Program-made: the position numbers and the translations under genes
Shown here: piece after piece, positions 18,013-26,045 of the stretch
How the letters are laid out: every line of letters begins with the position of its first letter
Position numbering within the stretch: position 1 is the stretch's first letter
The notes under the pieces: model-generated
The model's input: only the letters and a program-made list of their open reading frames with translations
The model's database searches: none
What the model was told of the DNA's origin: nothing
Assembly (NCBI GenBank): GCA_902514295.1
Contig: CABXQE010000002.1
Coordinates: 9,938 to 73,937 of the forward strand
From: an uncultured SAR86 cluster bacterium
GTDB lineage: Bacteria > Pseudomonadota > Gammaproteobacteria > Magnimaribacterales > Magnimaribacteraceae
DNA: 64,000 nucleotides
Reading direction: 5' to 3'

Positions 18013-18774
18013 TTAAAGGGGGTTAACTAAATGGCCGCCATCCACTGGAATTATAGATCCTGTCATAAAGCTAGAAGCATCACAGGCCAATAATAAAAGC
18101 AGTCCATCAAGTTCAGATTCAAGTCCTAATCTGTTCATGGGGATACTCTTTATGTAACTTTGACCCTCTTCAGTCTTAAAGAAGTCATCGTTTATTTCAG
18201 TCAATATATATCCAGGTGCAATGGCATTTACCCTAATGCCTGATCTTGCAAGCTCCAAAGCCATACTCTTTGTAAGTTGCACCAGTCCTGCTTTAGCAGC
18301 TGCGTAACTGGTTAAGTTTAATCCAACTCTCAATCCCAAGATTGAAGCTATGTTAATAACACTTCCGGGTTTTTTTTGCTCTAATAACAAGTCAGTAAAA
18401 GATTTGGCTACTCTATAAGCACCATTAAGGTTAGTTTCCAAAACATAATTCCAACTCTGCTCATCTAAGTCTTTAAATTTTCTGGTGTCATTAACTCCTG
18501 CGTTATTAACCAGAATATCTGCTGAACCAAATTCTTTTTTTATTTCTTCGAATAGGTTTTTGACACTTTCAGTTGAAGTTACGTCCAATGAGACAGCATG
18601 AGAATTTCCTTTTATTTCTTTTTGCAATTCAACTAAGTTACCCATCCTTCTGGCACTCAATATCACCGTTGCTCCTGCTTCAGAGAGAGTTTTAGAAAAA
18701 TGTCGTCCAAGACCTGAAGAAGCTCCTGTTACAAGGGCTACTTTCCCACTTAAATCAAAAATATTGGCGGTCAT
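18013..18774 (-). CDS. SDR family oxidoreductase
   Basis: TGASSGLG Rossmann motif, NNAG, Y-x3-K (YAAAKAG). Confidence 0.88.
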   Translation of the reverse strand: MTANIFDLSGKVALVTGASSGLGRHFSKTLSEAGATVILSARRMGNLVELQKEIKGNSHAVSLDVTSTESVKNLFEEIKKEFGSADILVNNAGVNDTRKFKDLDEQSWNYVLETNLNGAYRVAKSFTDLLLEQKKPGSVINIASILGLRVGLNLTSYAAAKAGLVQLTKSMALELARSGIRVNAIAPGYILTEINDDFFKTEEGQSYIKSIPMNRLGLESELDGLLLLLACDASSFMTGSIIPVDGGHLVNPL

Positions 18775-18777
18775 TGC

Positions 18778-20178
18778 TTAAATAATTTCAAAATATCTGG
18801 ATAATTCCCAAGTAGAGATTTTATCAACTTCTAAATATTTCCTTTCTTTTTTGTATTCGTTGTATTCCCAAATTCTAGTGTCTGAGAAATGATCTACAAA
18901 TACATCTCCAAACAAACTCCGCGCTGCTTTTGAGTTGTAAAATAATTCAGCACTTTCACCTAAATTAGAAGGTGTTTGGTGCTCTCTTGGAACTCTAATG
19001 TCATAAGCTCCTCCTTCAATGGGTTCGGTAGGTTTAATTTTTTCTTCAATGCCTAATAGACCTGCTCCTAAGGTAGCAGCCAAAGCTAAGTAGGGGTTAG
19101 CGTCAGCACCACCTAATCTATTTTCAATTCTCTGACTTGAGGGACCTCCCAGAATAGCACGAAAAGCTGTAGTTCTATTTTCTACACCCCAGGTCATGTT
19201 TATCGGAGCCCAGGCACCAGGACAAAGTCTGTTGTAAGAATTAACTGTAGGCGCATACATCACAGAAAGCTCTCTCATGTATTTTTGCAGTCCACCTATA
19301 AAGAATAACATTTGATCTGGAATATCATTATCTTCTTTAGAAGCAAAAACAGGCTGTTCATCGAGATCTAATAAAGAAATATGCATATGACCCGATTGAC
19401 CTGGATATAGCTCCGACCATTTAGCCATGAAATTGGCCATTAATGCGTTTCTTTGGGCCACCACCTTCGTAAAAGTTTTAAATAAAGATGCTTTGTCTGC
19501 TGATGTTAAGGATTCATCTACCATAATTGCAGCTTCTAAGACTCCAGGTCCAGTTTCGGTATGTAAACCTTCCAAGGGCATATCCATAGCCGTACACATA
19601 TCCAAAATTTGATGATACAAATCTGAGTGAACTGAGTTGCGTAAAATAGAATATCCAAACATACCCGGAGTGAAATTATTCAAATTCCTATACTTCTTAT
19701 GCCTAATAGAGTCGGGAGTTTCTTTAAATAGGAAAAACTCATACTCAAATGCAGACTTTGATTTATAGCCTAAGGACTCAAGTCTATTTAATACTTTTTT
19801 TAGAGTAGACCTAGGACATACTTCTCCACTTAAGAGTTCAGCAAGAAAAAGAGGAGTATTTTTTTCAAAAGGTATATTTCTACCACTTTCCGGAATAATC
19901 CTCACTTTAGCGTCAGGAAAACCAGTATGCCATCCAGTAAATAGATTCCTTTCTTTCTTCTGTTTAAATTCATAAAGTTCGTCGTTACTGTCCCAGCCAA
20001 AAATAACATCGCAAAATCCAAAACCAGACTCCGTGGCTTTAAGAAATTTATCTCTATGCATGTATTTTCCTCTGAGCACACCGTCTATATCGGTTATACC
20101 TACTTTTACGTACTGGCCATGCACAGTATCTAAGTAAGCTTTTACATCATTAGCATTTTTTAATTCTCTTATGTTCAT
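18778..20178 (-). CDS. glutamine synthetase family amide ligase (PuuA/GmaS-like gamma-glutamyl-amine synthetase)
   Basis: 466 aa with GS beta-grasp and catalytic-domain features (ENRLGGADANPYLA). Substrate cannot be assigned by eye. Confidence 0.75.
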   Translation of the reverse strand: MNIRELKNANDVKAYLDTVHGQYVKVGITDIDGVLRGKYMHRDKFLKATESGFGFCDVIFGWDSNDELYEFKQKKERNLFTGWHTGFPDAKVRIIPESGRNIPFEKNTPLFLAELLSGEVCPRSTLKKVLNRLESLGYKSKSAFEYEFFLFKETPDSIRHKKYRNLNNFTPGMFGYSILRNSVHSDLYHQILDMCTAMDMPLEGLHTETGPGVLEAAIMVDESLTSADKASLFKTFTKVVAQRNALMANFMAKWSELYPGQSGHMHISLLDLDEQPVFASKEDNDIPDQMLFFIGGLQKYMRELSVMYAPTVNSYNRLCPGAWAPINMTWGVENRTTAFRAILGGPSSQRIENRLGGADANPYLALAATLGAGLLGIEEKIKPTEPIEGGAYDIRVPREHQTPSNLGESAELFYNSKAARSLFGDVFVDHFSDTRIWEYNEYKKERKYLEVDKISTWELSRYFEII

Positions 20179-20281
20179 GTTCTGCTCTTTTTATATCTAT
20201 GGTTTTAGTATAGATCTAACCTCAGATGGTAGAATTGCATTGTAGATTGTATCTTGAGAATCATATTTGTCGAAAAAACAC

Positions 20282-21289
20282 ATGAAGAGTAAAAATATTT
20301 CTGTATTAGGTGGAGGAAGTTGGGGGACTGTTCTGGCAAATTTAGCTTCACGTAATCAACACAACGTAACTTTATGGATGAGAGATTCTGAAGTTGTTGA
20401 AGAGGTCAATAAATCTAAAAGGAACTCAAAATACTTACCTGAACTTAAGCTTGAAGGAAATATTAACGCTACTGATGATATTTCTTTAATTAATAATTCT
20501 GAGATGGTTATATTTTGCATCCCAAGTGATTCTTTTAGAGAAGTTTCTAAAAAGGCCTCTGAACACATAAATAAAAGTGTTCAGCTTGTTACTGCAACTA
20601 AAGGCGTAGAAAAAGATAAATTTAATTTAATGAGCCAGGTTCTTAATGAGTATATGAGCAATAATCCAGTAGGAATACTTAGCGGCCCCAATTTAGCTGA
20701 AGAAATAGCAACCAAACATTTGTCAGGAACAGTTATTGCAAGTAAAGACAAAGCTCTTCAACAAAATGTAATAGATATTCTAGGATCAGATTTCTTTAGA
20801 GTTTATGAAAATGATGACCCATATGGAGTTGAGATGGGAGGAGCAATTAAAAATATTTATGCCATAGCTTGCGGGGTAGCTGATGGCCTTAATTCTGGGG
20901 AGAACACTGTAGGAATGATTATGACAAGAGGTCTAGGTGAAATGAGTAGATTGGCAGTGGAGTTAGGGGCAAATCCTCAAACATTTTTAGGATTATCTGG
21001 AGTAGGTGATTTAATTACAACATGCGCTTCGCCGTTAAGTCGCAACCATAAATTTGGAAAATATATTGGTGAAGGGCTTTCAGTTAAAAGTGCGACAGAC
21101 AAAATAGGTCAAACTGTTGAAGGCCTAAAGACTCTAAAAGTAGTCAAAGTTTTATCTGATGAAAGAAATATTAATATGCCAATAGTAGATTCTCTATACA
21201 AAATCATCTATAAAGGAGACAACCTTAACGGTTCTATTCAAAATATTTTGGGTGAGGATCTGGTTAAGGATGTAGAATTTTTTAAATAA
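20282..21289 (+). CDS. gpsA: NAD(P)H-dependent glycerol-3-phosphate dehydrogenase
   Basis: VLGGGSWGT, GAIKNIYAIA, typical length. I preferred the ATG at 20282 over the track's TTG at 20267. Confidence 0.92.
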   Translation: MKSKNISVLGGGSWGTVLANLASRNQHNVTLWMRDSEVVEEVNKSKRNSKYLPELKLEGNINATDDISLINNSEMVIFCIPSDSFREVSKKASEHINKSVQLVTATKGVEKDKFNLMSQVLNEYMSNNPVGILSGPNLAEEIATKHLSGTVIASKDKALQQNVIDILGSDFFRVYENDDPYGVEMGGAIKNIYAIACGVADGLNSGENTVGMIMTRGLGEMSRLAVELGANPQTFLGLSGVGDLITTCASPLSRNHKFGKYIGEGLSVKSATDKIGQTVEGLKTLKVVKVLSDERNINMPIVDSLYKIIYKGDNLNGSIQNILGEDLVKDVEFFK

Positions 21290-21293
21290 TATT

Positions 21294-21635
21294 ATGGCCA
21301 AAGACGATAAAGAAAAAATTACTGATGTAGATTCTGAAGAATTTATTGACAGCGAAGAATGGAAAGAGAATCTGCTTAAGCAAGGAAAGTGGTTAAGACT
21401 ATTATGGATGATAGGCTTTTCGTTTATCTATTATCTTTCTATGACGGTTTTATGGATAATTGTGTTAATTCAATTTTTGTTCGTACTCTTGACAGATAAA
21501 AGAAGCTCCAACGTAACCAAAGTATCTCAAGGCTTTAGAGATTACATGGTTCAAATTTTAGATTACATAAATTATCACTCTAGTGAGAAACCTTTCCCGT
21601 TTAGCGATTTTCCTAATTCTAAGGAGGAAAAGTAG
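21294..21635 (+). CDS. small membrane protein (DUF4389-like)
   Basis: Acidic N-terminus, two TM helices, and a C-terminal ...YINYHSSEKPFPFSDFP tail that resembles DUF4389 proteins from memory. Confidence 0.5.
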   Translation: MAKDDKEKITDVDSEEFIDSEEWKENLLKQGKWLRLLWMIGFSFIYYLSMTVLWIIVLIQFLFVLLTDKRSSNVTKVSQGFRDYMVQILDYINYHSSEKPFPFSDFPNSKEEK

Positions 21636-21644
21636 GAAAAATTC

Positions 21645-22580
21645 ATGAAAGACTTTAAAAATAAAATTGCCGTGGTCACTGGAGGTGGCACAGGGATGGG
21701 AAGGGAACTTGTTCTGCAGTTAGCAGAAGAAGGATGCGACGTAGCTATGTGCGACGTTATTGCTGAAAACATGGAAGAAACTTTTGAACTTGTGACCAAA
21801 CAATCACCAGATGTATTAGTTACGAAACACACATGCGATGTATCTGATGAAGAACAGGTCTTAAAATTTAAAGATGAAGTTTTATCGGAGCATAAAACTG
21901 AAACTATAAATCTTCTTTTTAATAATGCCGGAATAGGAGGGGGAGCAAGTTTTGTAACTGGCTCAAGAGAAGAATGGGAAAGGTGTTTCGCTGTTTGTTG
22001 GTACGGGGTTTACTATTGCTCTCGAGCATTTATCCCTCATATTGTTTCCAGTGAAGAAGGGCATGTGGTCAATACAAGCAGCGTTAATGGATTTTGGGCT
22101 AGTCTAGGAGGAACGCCTCATACTTCCTACTCTGCCGCCAAATTTGCTGTAAAAGGTTTTAGTGAATCTTTAATAGATGATTTCCGTTTGAATGCTCCTC
22201 ATGTCGGCGTTTCAGTAGTGATGCCAGGACACATAGGTACTTCTATAGCAATTAATACCGGAAAAATATTAGGGGGAGAAAGGACAGAGGAGGATTGGGA
22301 AATGGTGAAACAGAATATGATAAAACTTGGAGCCCCTGTTCACAATCAGTCCATAGACCAGATCAAACAGATGATACAAGAAAGGACAGATTCTTTTGCT
22401 GAGACGGCTCCCACTTCTTCATCTGAAGCTGCAAAAGTAATTTTGGATGGAGTTAAAGATAATAAATGGAGAATATTGATCGGCGACGATGCTAAAGCAA
22501 TTGATGAAATGGTAAGGAGAGATCCTGAAGAAGCATATAATATTACCTTTCAAGGAGATAAAAGAGAGGAAGCAGGATGA
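21645..22580 (+). CDS. SDR family oxidoreductase, long form (311 aa)
   Basis: TGGGTGMG, NNAG, YSAAKFAVKGFSESL, plus a roughly 90-aa C-terminal extension. Confidence 0.88.
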   Translation: MKDFKNKIAVVTGGGTGMGRELVLQLAEEGCDVAMCDVIAENMEETFELVTKQSPDVLVTKHTCDVSDEEQVLKFKDEVLSEHKTETINLLFNNAGIGGGASFVTGSREEWERCFAVCWYGVYYCSRAFIPHIVSSEEGHVVNTSSVNGFWASLGGTPHTSYSAAKFAVKGFSESLIDDFRLNAPHVGVSVVMPGHIGTSIAINTGKILGGERTEEDWEMVKQNMIKLGAPVHNQSIDQIKQMIQERTDSFAETAPTSSSEAAKVILDGVKDNKWRILIGDDAKAIDEMVRRDPEEAYNITFQGDKREEAG

Positions 22581-23488
22581 AAACTTTTAAAGATAAAGTA
22601 GCTGTCATAACAGGAGCTGGTTCTGGAATGGGTCGTTACTTAGCGGTTTTATTAGCGAAAGATGGAGCTGACGTGGTTGTTTGTGACGTCAATCAGGAGA
22701 CCTTAAATGAGACTGTGGAAATGTTAAGGCAATACAACGTATCTGTATCTTCTCATATTTTGGACGTAGCTGATAAGGAAGCCATCCAAGCTCTGCCTGA
22801 AAAGGTTATCGAGCAACACGGCAAAGTTGATTTAGTTTTTAATAATGCAGGTGTAACCGCTGGGTCTCATTTTAAAGATATGGATGAAGAAAATTGGGAT
22901 TGGGTGATGGGTATAAATTTAGAAGGTGTAGTTAATAGCACCAGAGCATTTATACCTCATATGATTGATAGACCTGAAGCAGCGATAGTAAATACTTCTT
23001 CTATTTTTGGGATGGTCGCAGTTCCGGGTCAAACTGTTTACCACGCTACTAAATTTGCGGTAAGAGGATTCACTGAAAGCCTTGCTATGGAAATGTCTCA
23101 ATCTAATCCTAATTTACAAGTCCATTGTGTGCATCCCGGTCATATAGGTACCAACATTGCTGCTACTGCAAGAATGGATGAAGATGAATTTAACAAACAG
23201 TTAGAAGAGCAAGATAAACTTCCCAGTATATTTACACGCAACGCTCCAAAAAGTTTAGAAGAAATGGGCGATCAATTCAGAGAGGGAGGAATGCACCCCA
23301 GTAGAGCTGCAAGCATTATTTTAAATGGGGTAAAGAAAAACAAAAGCAGAATATTTATCGGTTTAGATGCAAAATTATTAGACCTTTCGCAACGCTTATT
23401 TCCTAAGCATTATCATAAAACTTGGCCATTATTTATGCCATTGATGATGATGTTCAGAGACAAGAAACCCCTTAAATCACTTGATTAA
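22577..23488 (+). CDS. SDR family oxidoreductase, long form, paralog of the preceding gene
   Basis: TGAGSGMG, NNAG, YHATKFAVRGFTESL, HPGHIGTNIA (the neighbour has MPGHIGTSIA). ATGA start/stop overlap. Confidence 0.88.
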   Translation: MKTFKDKVAVITGAGSGMGRYLAVLLAKDGADVVVCDVNQETLNETVEMLRQYNVSVSSHILDVADKEAIQALPEKVIEQHGKVDLVFNNAGVTAGSHFKDMDEENWDWVMGINLEGVVNSTRAFIPHMIDRPEAAIVNTSSIFGMVAVPGQTVYHATKFAVRGFTESLAMEMSQSNPNLQVHCVHPGHIGTNIAATARMDEDEFNKQLEEQDKLPSIFTRNAPKSLEEMGDQFREGGMHPSRAASIILNGVKKNKSRIFIGLDAKLLDLSQRLFPKHYHKTWPLFMPLMMMFRDKKPLKSLD

Positions 23489-23839
23489 TTTTTTATACGT
23501 CGAGTAGTTAGGGTTATCTACGGCTATTTTATTCTTTGATAGAAGTATCAATAGATTTTTCAATTCTTCATCTGATAAATCTAAGTCTCCATTCTTAATC
23601 AGGTTCGAAAGTTCTTTGGTTGTTAGATCATCTGATTTGATGATATTTGACATAACCTTAATAACTTCTTCAGACAGTTGTTCCCCTTGATCAATCTCCC
23701 TCTGAACCATACCAAGTACATTATTCGTAATTCTTAATTTAAATGCTAAATGCGGAGGTAATTCATCTTTAATTTTAGTATCTAAGAAATCCATCACTGC
23801 TTTTATTAGTTCACTACTAGTTGGTCTATCAAAAATCAT
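23477..23839 (-). CDS. small helical protein coupled to the APH-fold kinase (LvaB-position / DUF6285-like)
   Basis: 120 aa. The start overlaps the kinase stop (TAATG) and follows GGAGGTGA. The family name is from memory of small proteins that follow this kind of kinase. Confidence 0.55.
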   Translation of the reverse strand: MIFDRPTSSELIKAVMDFLDTKIKDELPPHLAFKLRITNNVLGMVQREIDQGEQLSEEVIKVMSNIIKSDDLTTKELSNLIKNGDLDLSDEELKNLLILLSKNKIAVDNPNYSTYKKLIK

Positions 23840-24822
23840 TATTCACCTCCTAAAAATAATAGATCGACAATATCTATTTCAGTTTCAGAAACCCTTCTGC
23901 CAATTGCTGCCTTTTCTATGGAATTGATTGTTCTGTTTAAATGCGCGTAAGCTTGAATGAGACAAATTACTCCCCATCTGAATGTTCCAAATACTTGCCA
24001 ACACTTCACCATTTCTTTATTGACCTTTAACTTGCTAATCGAATTGTAACCTTCAAGCAAGTCTTCTAGTTCTCCAAAACCCCCTACAACTTTATCGTTT
24101 TTACCGAATCGCCAAGAGTTACCACAGACCCAACCTAAATCTTGAAGAGGGTTTCCTATATGGGCCAGTTCCCAGTCTATGATTGATTGAAGCCCCTCTC
24201 CATTAACAATTATGTTTCCTAACCTAAAATCTCCATGCACTAGACTTTCTTGAAAATTACTAAAGTCTTGTTCTTTTAACCAAAGATAAGCGTATTCAAA
24301 AACAGGGGAGGGTTGCTCAAAAGATTGATAGGTTGCGTAGAGGTCTTCAAGTTGATCTTCAGCTGGTTTTTTAGGTAAGAAGGAGAAATTATCAATATCA
24401 ACATTGTGAACTTTAGCAATAGCTTCACCGCATTGATAAGCCAATAAAGGAAGTGCCTTTTTATATTCTTTGTCTCTTAGTATTTTTCTTGCAATGGTTT
24501 CTCCTTCAACAAAATGCATTATGTAAGAGTCTCCTAACTCTTCTTCGTTCTTAGAGACTGCTAATATTATTGGTACGGGTGCACCTGCTTTAATTACTTC
24601 CTTTTGTATTCTGGCTTCGTCTGCAGTTTTTATTGCAAGAGGCCCTTCTATACCTGAGCCCCTTCTAAGAATCATCTTTGTAGTTTGTTTAGCGTTAGAA
24701 ACTTCAAATTTCCAGATCTCTTTAGAGGCGCCTCCTGTAAGAGGCTCAAGATTAGAAACTTTTCCTTCTATACCTACTTCAAGTAGTTTTTTGGAAAGCG
24801 ATGATGCTAATTCTTCTTGCAT
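23839..24822 (-). CDS. phosphotransferase (aminoglycoside-phosphotransferase/APH fold), LvaA / ACAD10-11 kinase-domain-like
   Basis: Catalytic loop HGDFRLGNIIV (HxDxxxxN) and IDWELAH metal-binding Asp motif; 327 aa. Confidence 0.85.
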   Translation of the reverse strand: MQEELASSLSKKLLEVGIEGKVSNLEPLTGGASKEIWKFEVSNAKQTTKMILRRGSGIEGPLAIKTADEARIQKEVIKAGAPVPIILAVSKNEEELGDSYIMHFVEGETIARKILRDKEYKKALPLLAYQCGEAIAKVHNVDIDNFSFLPKKPAEDQLEDLYATYQSFEQPSPVFEYAYLWLKEQDFSNFQESLVHGDFRLGNIIVNGEGLQSIIDWELAHIGNPLQDLGWVCGNSWRFGKNDKVVGGFGELEDLLEGYNSISKLKVNKEMVKCWQVFGTFRWGVICLIQAYAHLNRTINSIEKAAIGRRVSETEIDIVDLLFLGGE

Positions 24823-26033
24823 TAATTAGATTCTAAGCTGGCATCTCTTTCACCAAAATCCCATCCAGCACCATTATTCTGATAGTTCTTTAAAATTCTC
24901 CTAGCAACAGATTGGACATGAACCTCATCGGGTCCGTCATAAATCCGAGCCTCCCTAGCATGCCTGTACATTAAACTAAGAGGAGTATCGTCAGTAAGAC
25001 CTTTAGCTCCATGAACTTGTATGGCTCTATCTATAACGTTATGAACCATTTTCGCACCCACAACCTTAATCATCCCTATCTCAATTCTTGCGTCATCTCC
25101 TTGATCTATTCTTTTTGCAGCATCTAGAGTAAGTTGCCTACTAGCTTGAATTTCACAAGCACTATCAAATACAAATTTTTGTAACAATTGCTTATCAGCC
25201 AGTGAGCTTCCAAACGCTTCTCTTTCATGCATTCTTAAACACATAAGGTCAAATGCTCTTTGAGCTTGACCCAACCATCTCATGCAATGAAAGATTCTTC
25301 CTGGACCTAACCTCCTTTGAGCGATGAGGAACCCTTGACCTCTAGGACCCAATAGATTTTCTTCTGGTACTCTTACGTTATCATAATCGACTTCATAATG
25401 GCCTCCGTGACCACCGTGTATCCCTAATACAGGAGTATCTCTTACGATTTTGTACCCAGGATTATCTGTAGGAACAATAATCATACTGAAAGCTCCGTGG
25501 CTAGGAACATCTAATTCAGTTCTACACATTACCGTTGTGTAAGTAGCTCCGGCAGCTCCAGAGGTAAACCATTTTCTTCCATTAATCACCCACTCATCAC
25601 CTTCCAAAATTCCTGTGGTTTGAAGTTGAGTCGGGTCAGAACTAGAAATGTCTGGTTCAGTCATTCCAAAACTTGGAAAGATTTCTCCAGCAACTAGCGG
25701 TTCTAGGTATTCATCGCGCCATCTTTTAGAAGCAAATTCTCTTAACATGATTGAATCTTGCAAAGAGTGAGTCCCTAAGGCAACCATAGCGCTAGAGGAC
25801 CTTCCAATTACCTCATTTATGTATACGTACTCCATAAAAGGCATCCCTTGGCCACCTATATCTTCAGGATGTCCGAGTGCCCATAGAGAATTATCTTTGG
25901 CCTTTTGCATTAATTCTTGCATTTTCTTTGTAGACTCATCATCTCTCTTATGAAGAATCTCTTCCGCAGGATAAACTTCGTTTTCTACGAATTCTTTAAC
26001 TTCTTTTCTTACTTTCTTCCAATCTCTACTCAT
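24822..26033 (-). CDS. acyl-CoA dehydrogenase, FadE2 / ACAD10-11 subfamily (LvaC-like)
   Basis: ACAD fold. The C-terminal RIYDGPDEVH is the variant typical of the FadE2/ACAD10/ACAD11 clade. I chose the ATG at 26033, preceded by GGAGGG; the track starts at the TTG at 26045. Confidence 0.88.
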   Translation of the reverse strand: MSRDWKKVRKEVKEFVENEVYPAEEILHKRDDESTKKMQELMQKAKDNSLWALGHPEDIGGQGMPFMEYVYINEVIGRSSSAMVALGTHSLQDSIMLREFASKRWRDEYLEPLVAGEIFPSFGMTEPDISSSDPTQLQTTGILEGDEWVINGRKWFTSGAAGATYTTVMCRTELDVPSHGAFSMIIVPTDNPGYKIVRDTPVLGIHGGHGGHYEVDYDNVRVPEENLLGPRGQGFLIAQRRLGPGRIFHCMRWLGQAQRAFDLMCLRMHEREAFGSSLADKQLLQKFVFDSACEIQASRQLTLDAAKRIDQGDDARIEIGMIKVVGAKMVHNVIDRAIQVHGAKGLTDDTPLSLMYRHAREARIYDGPDEVHVQSVARRILKNYQNNGAGWDFGERDASLESN

Positions 26034-26045
26034 TGTTCCCTCCAA

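Noticed and set aside
20190-20215. A short inverted repeat, ATCTAT-N9-ATAGAT, between the GS-like gene and gpsA, as a regulatory site.
   Set aside because: The arms are only 6 bp in AT-rich DNA and cannot be extended. This is indistinguishable from chance.
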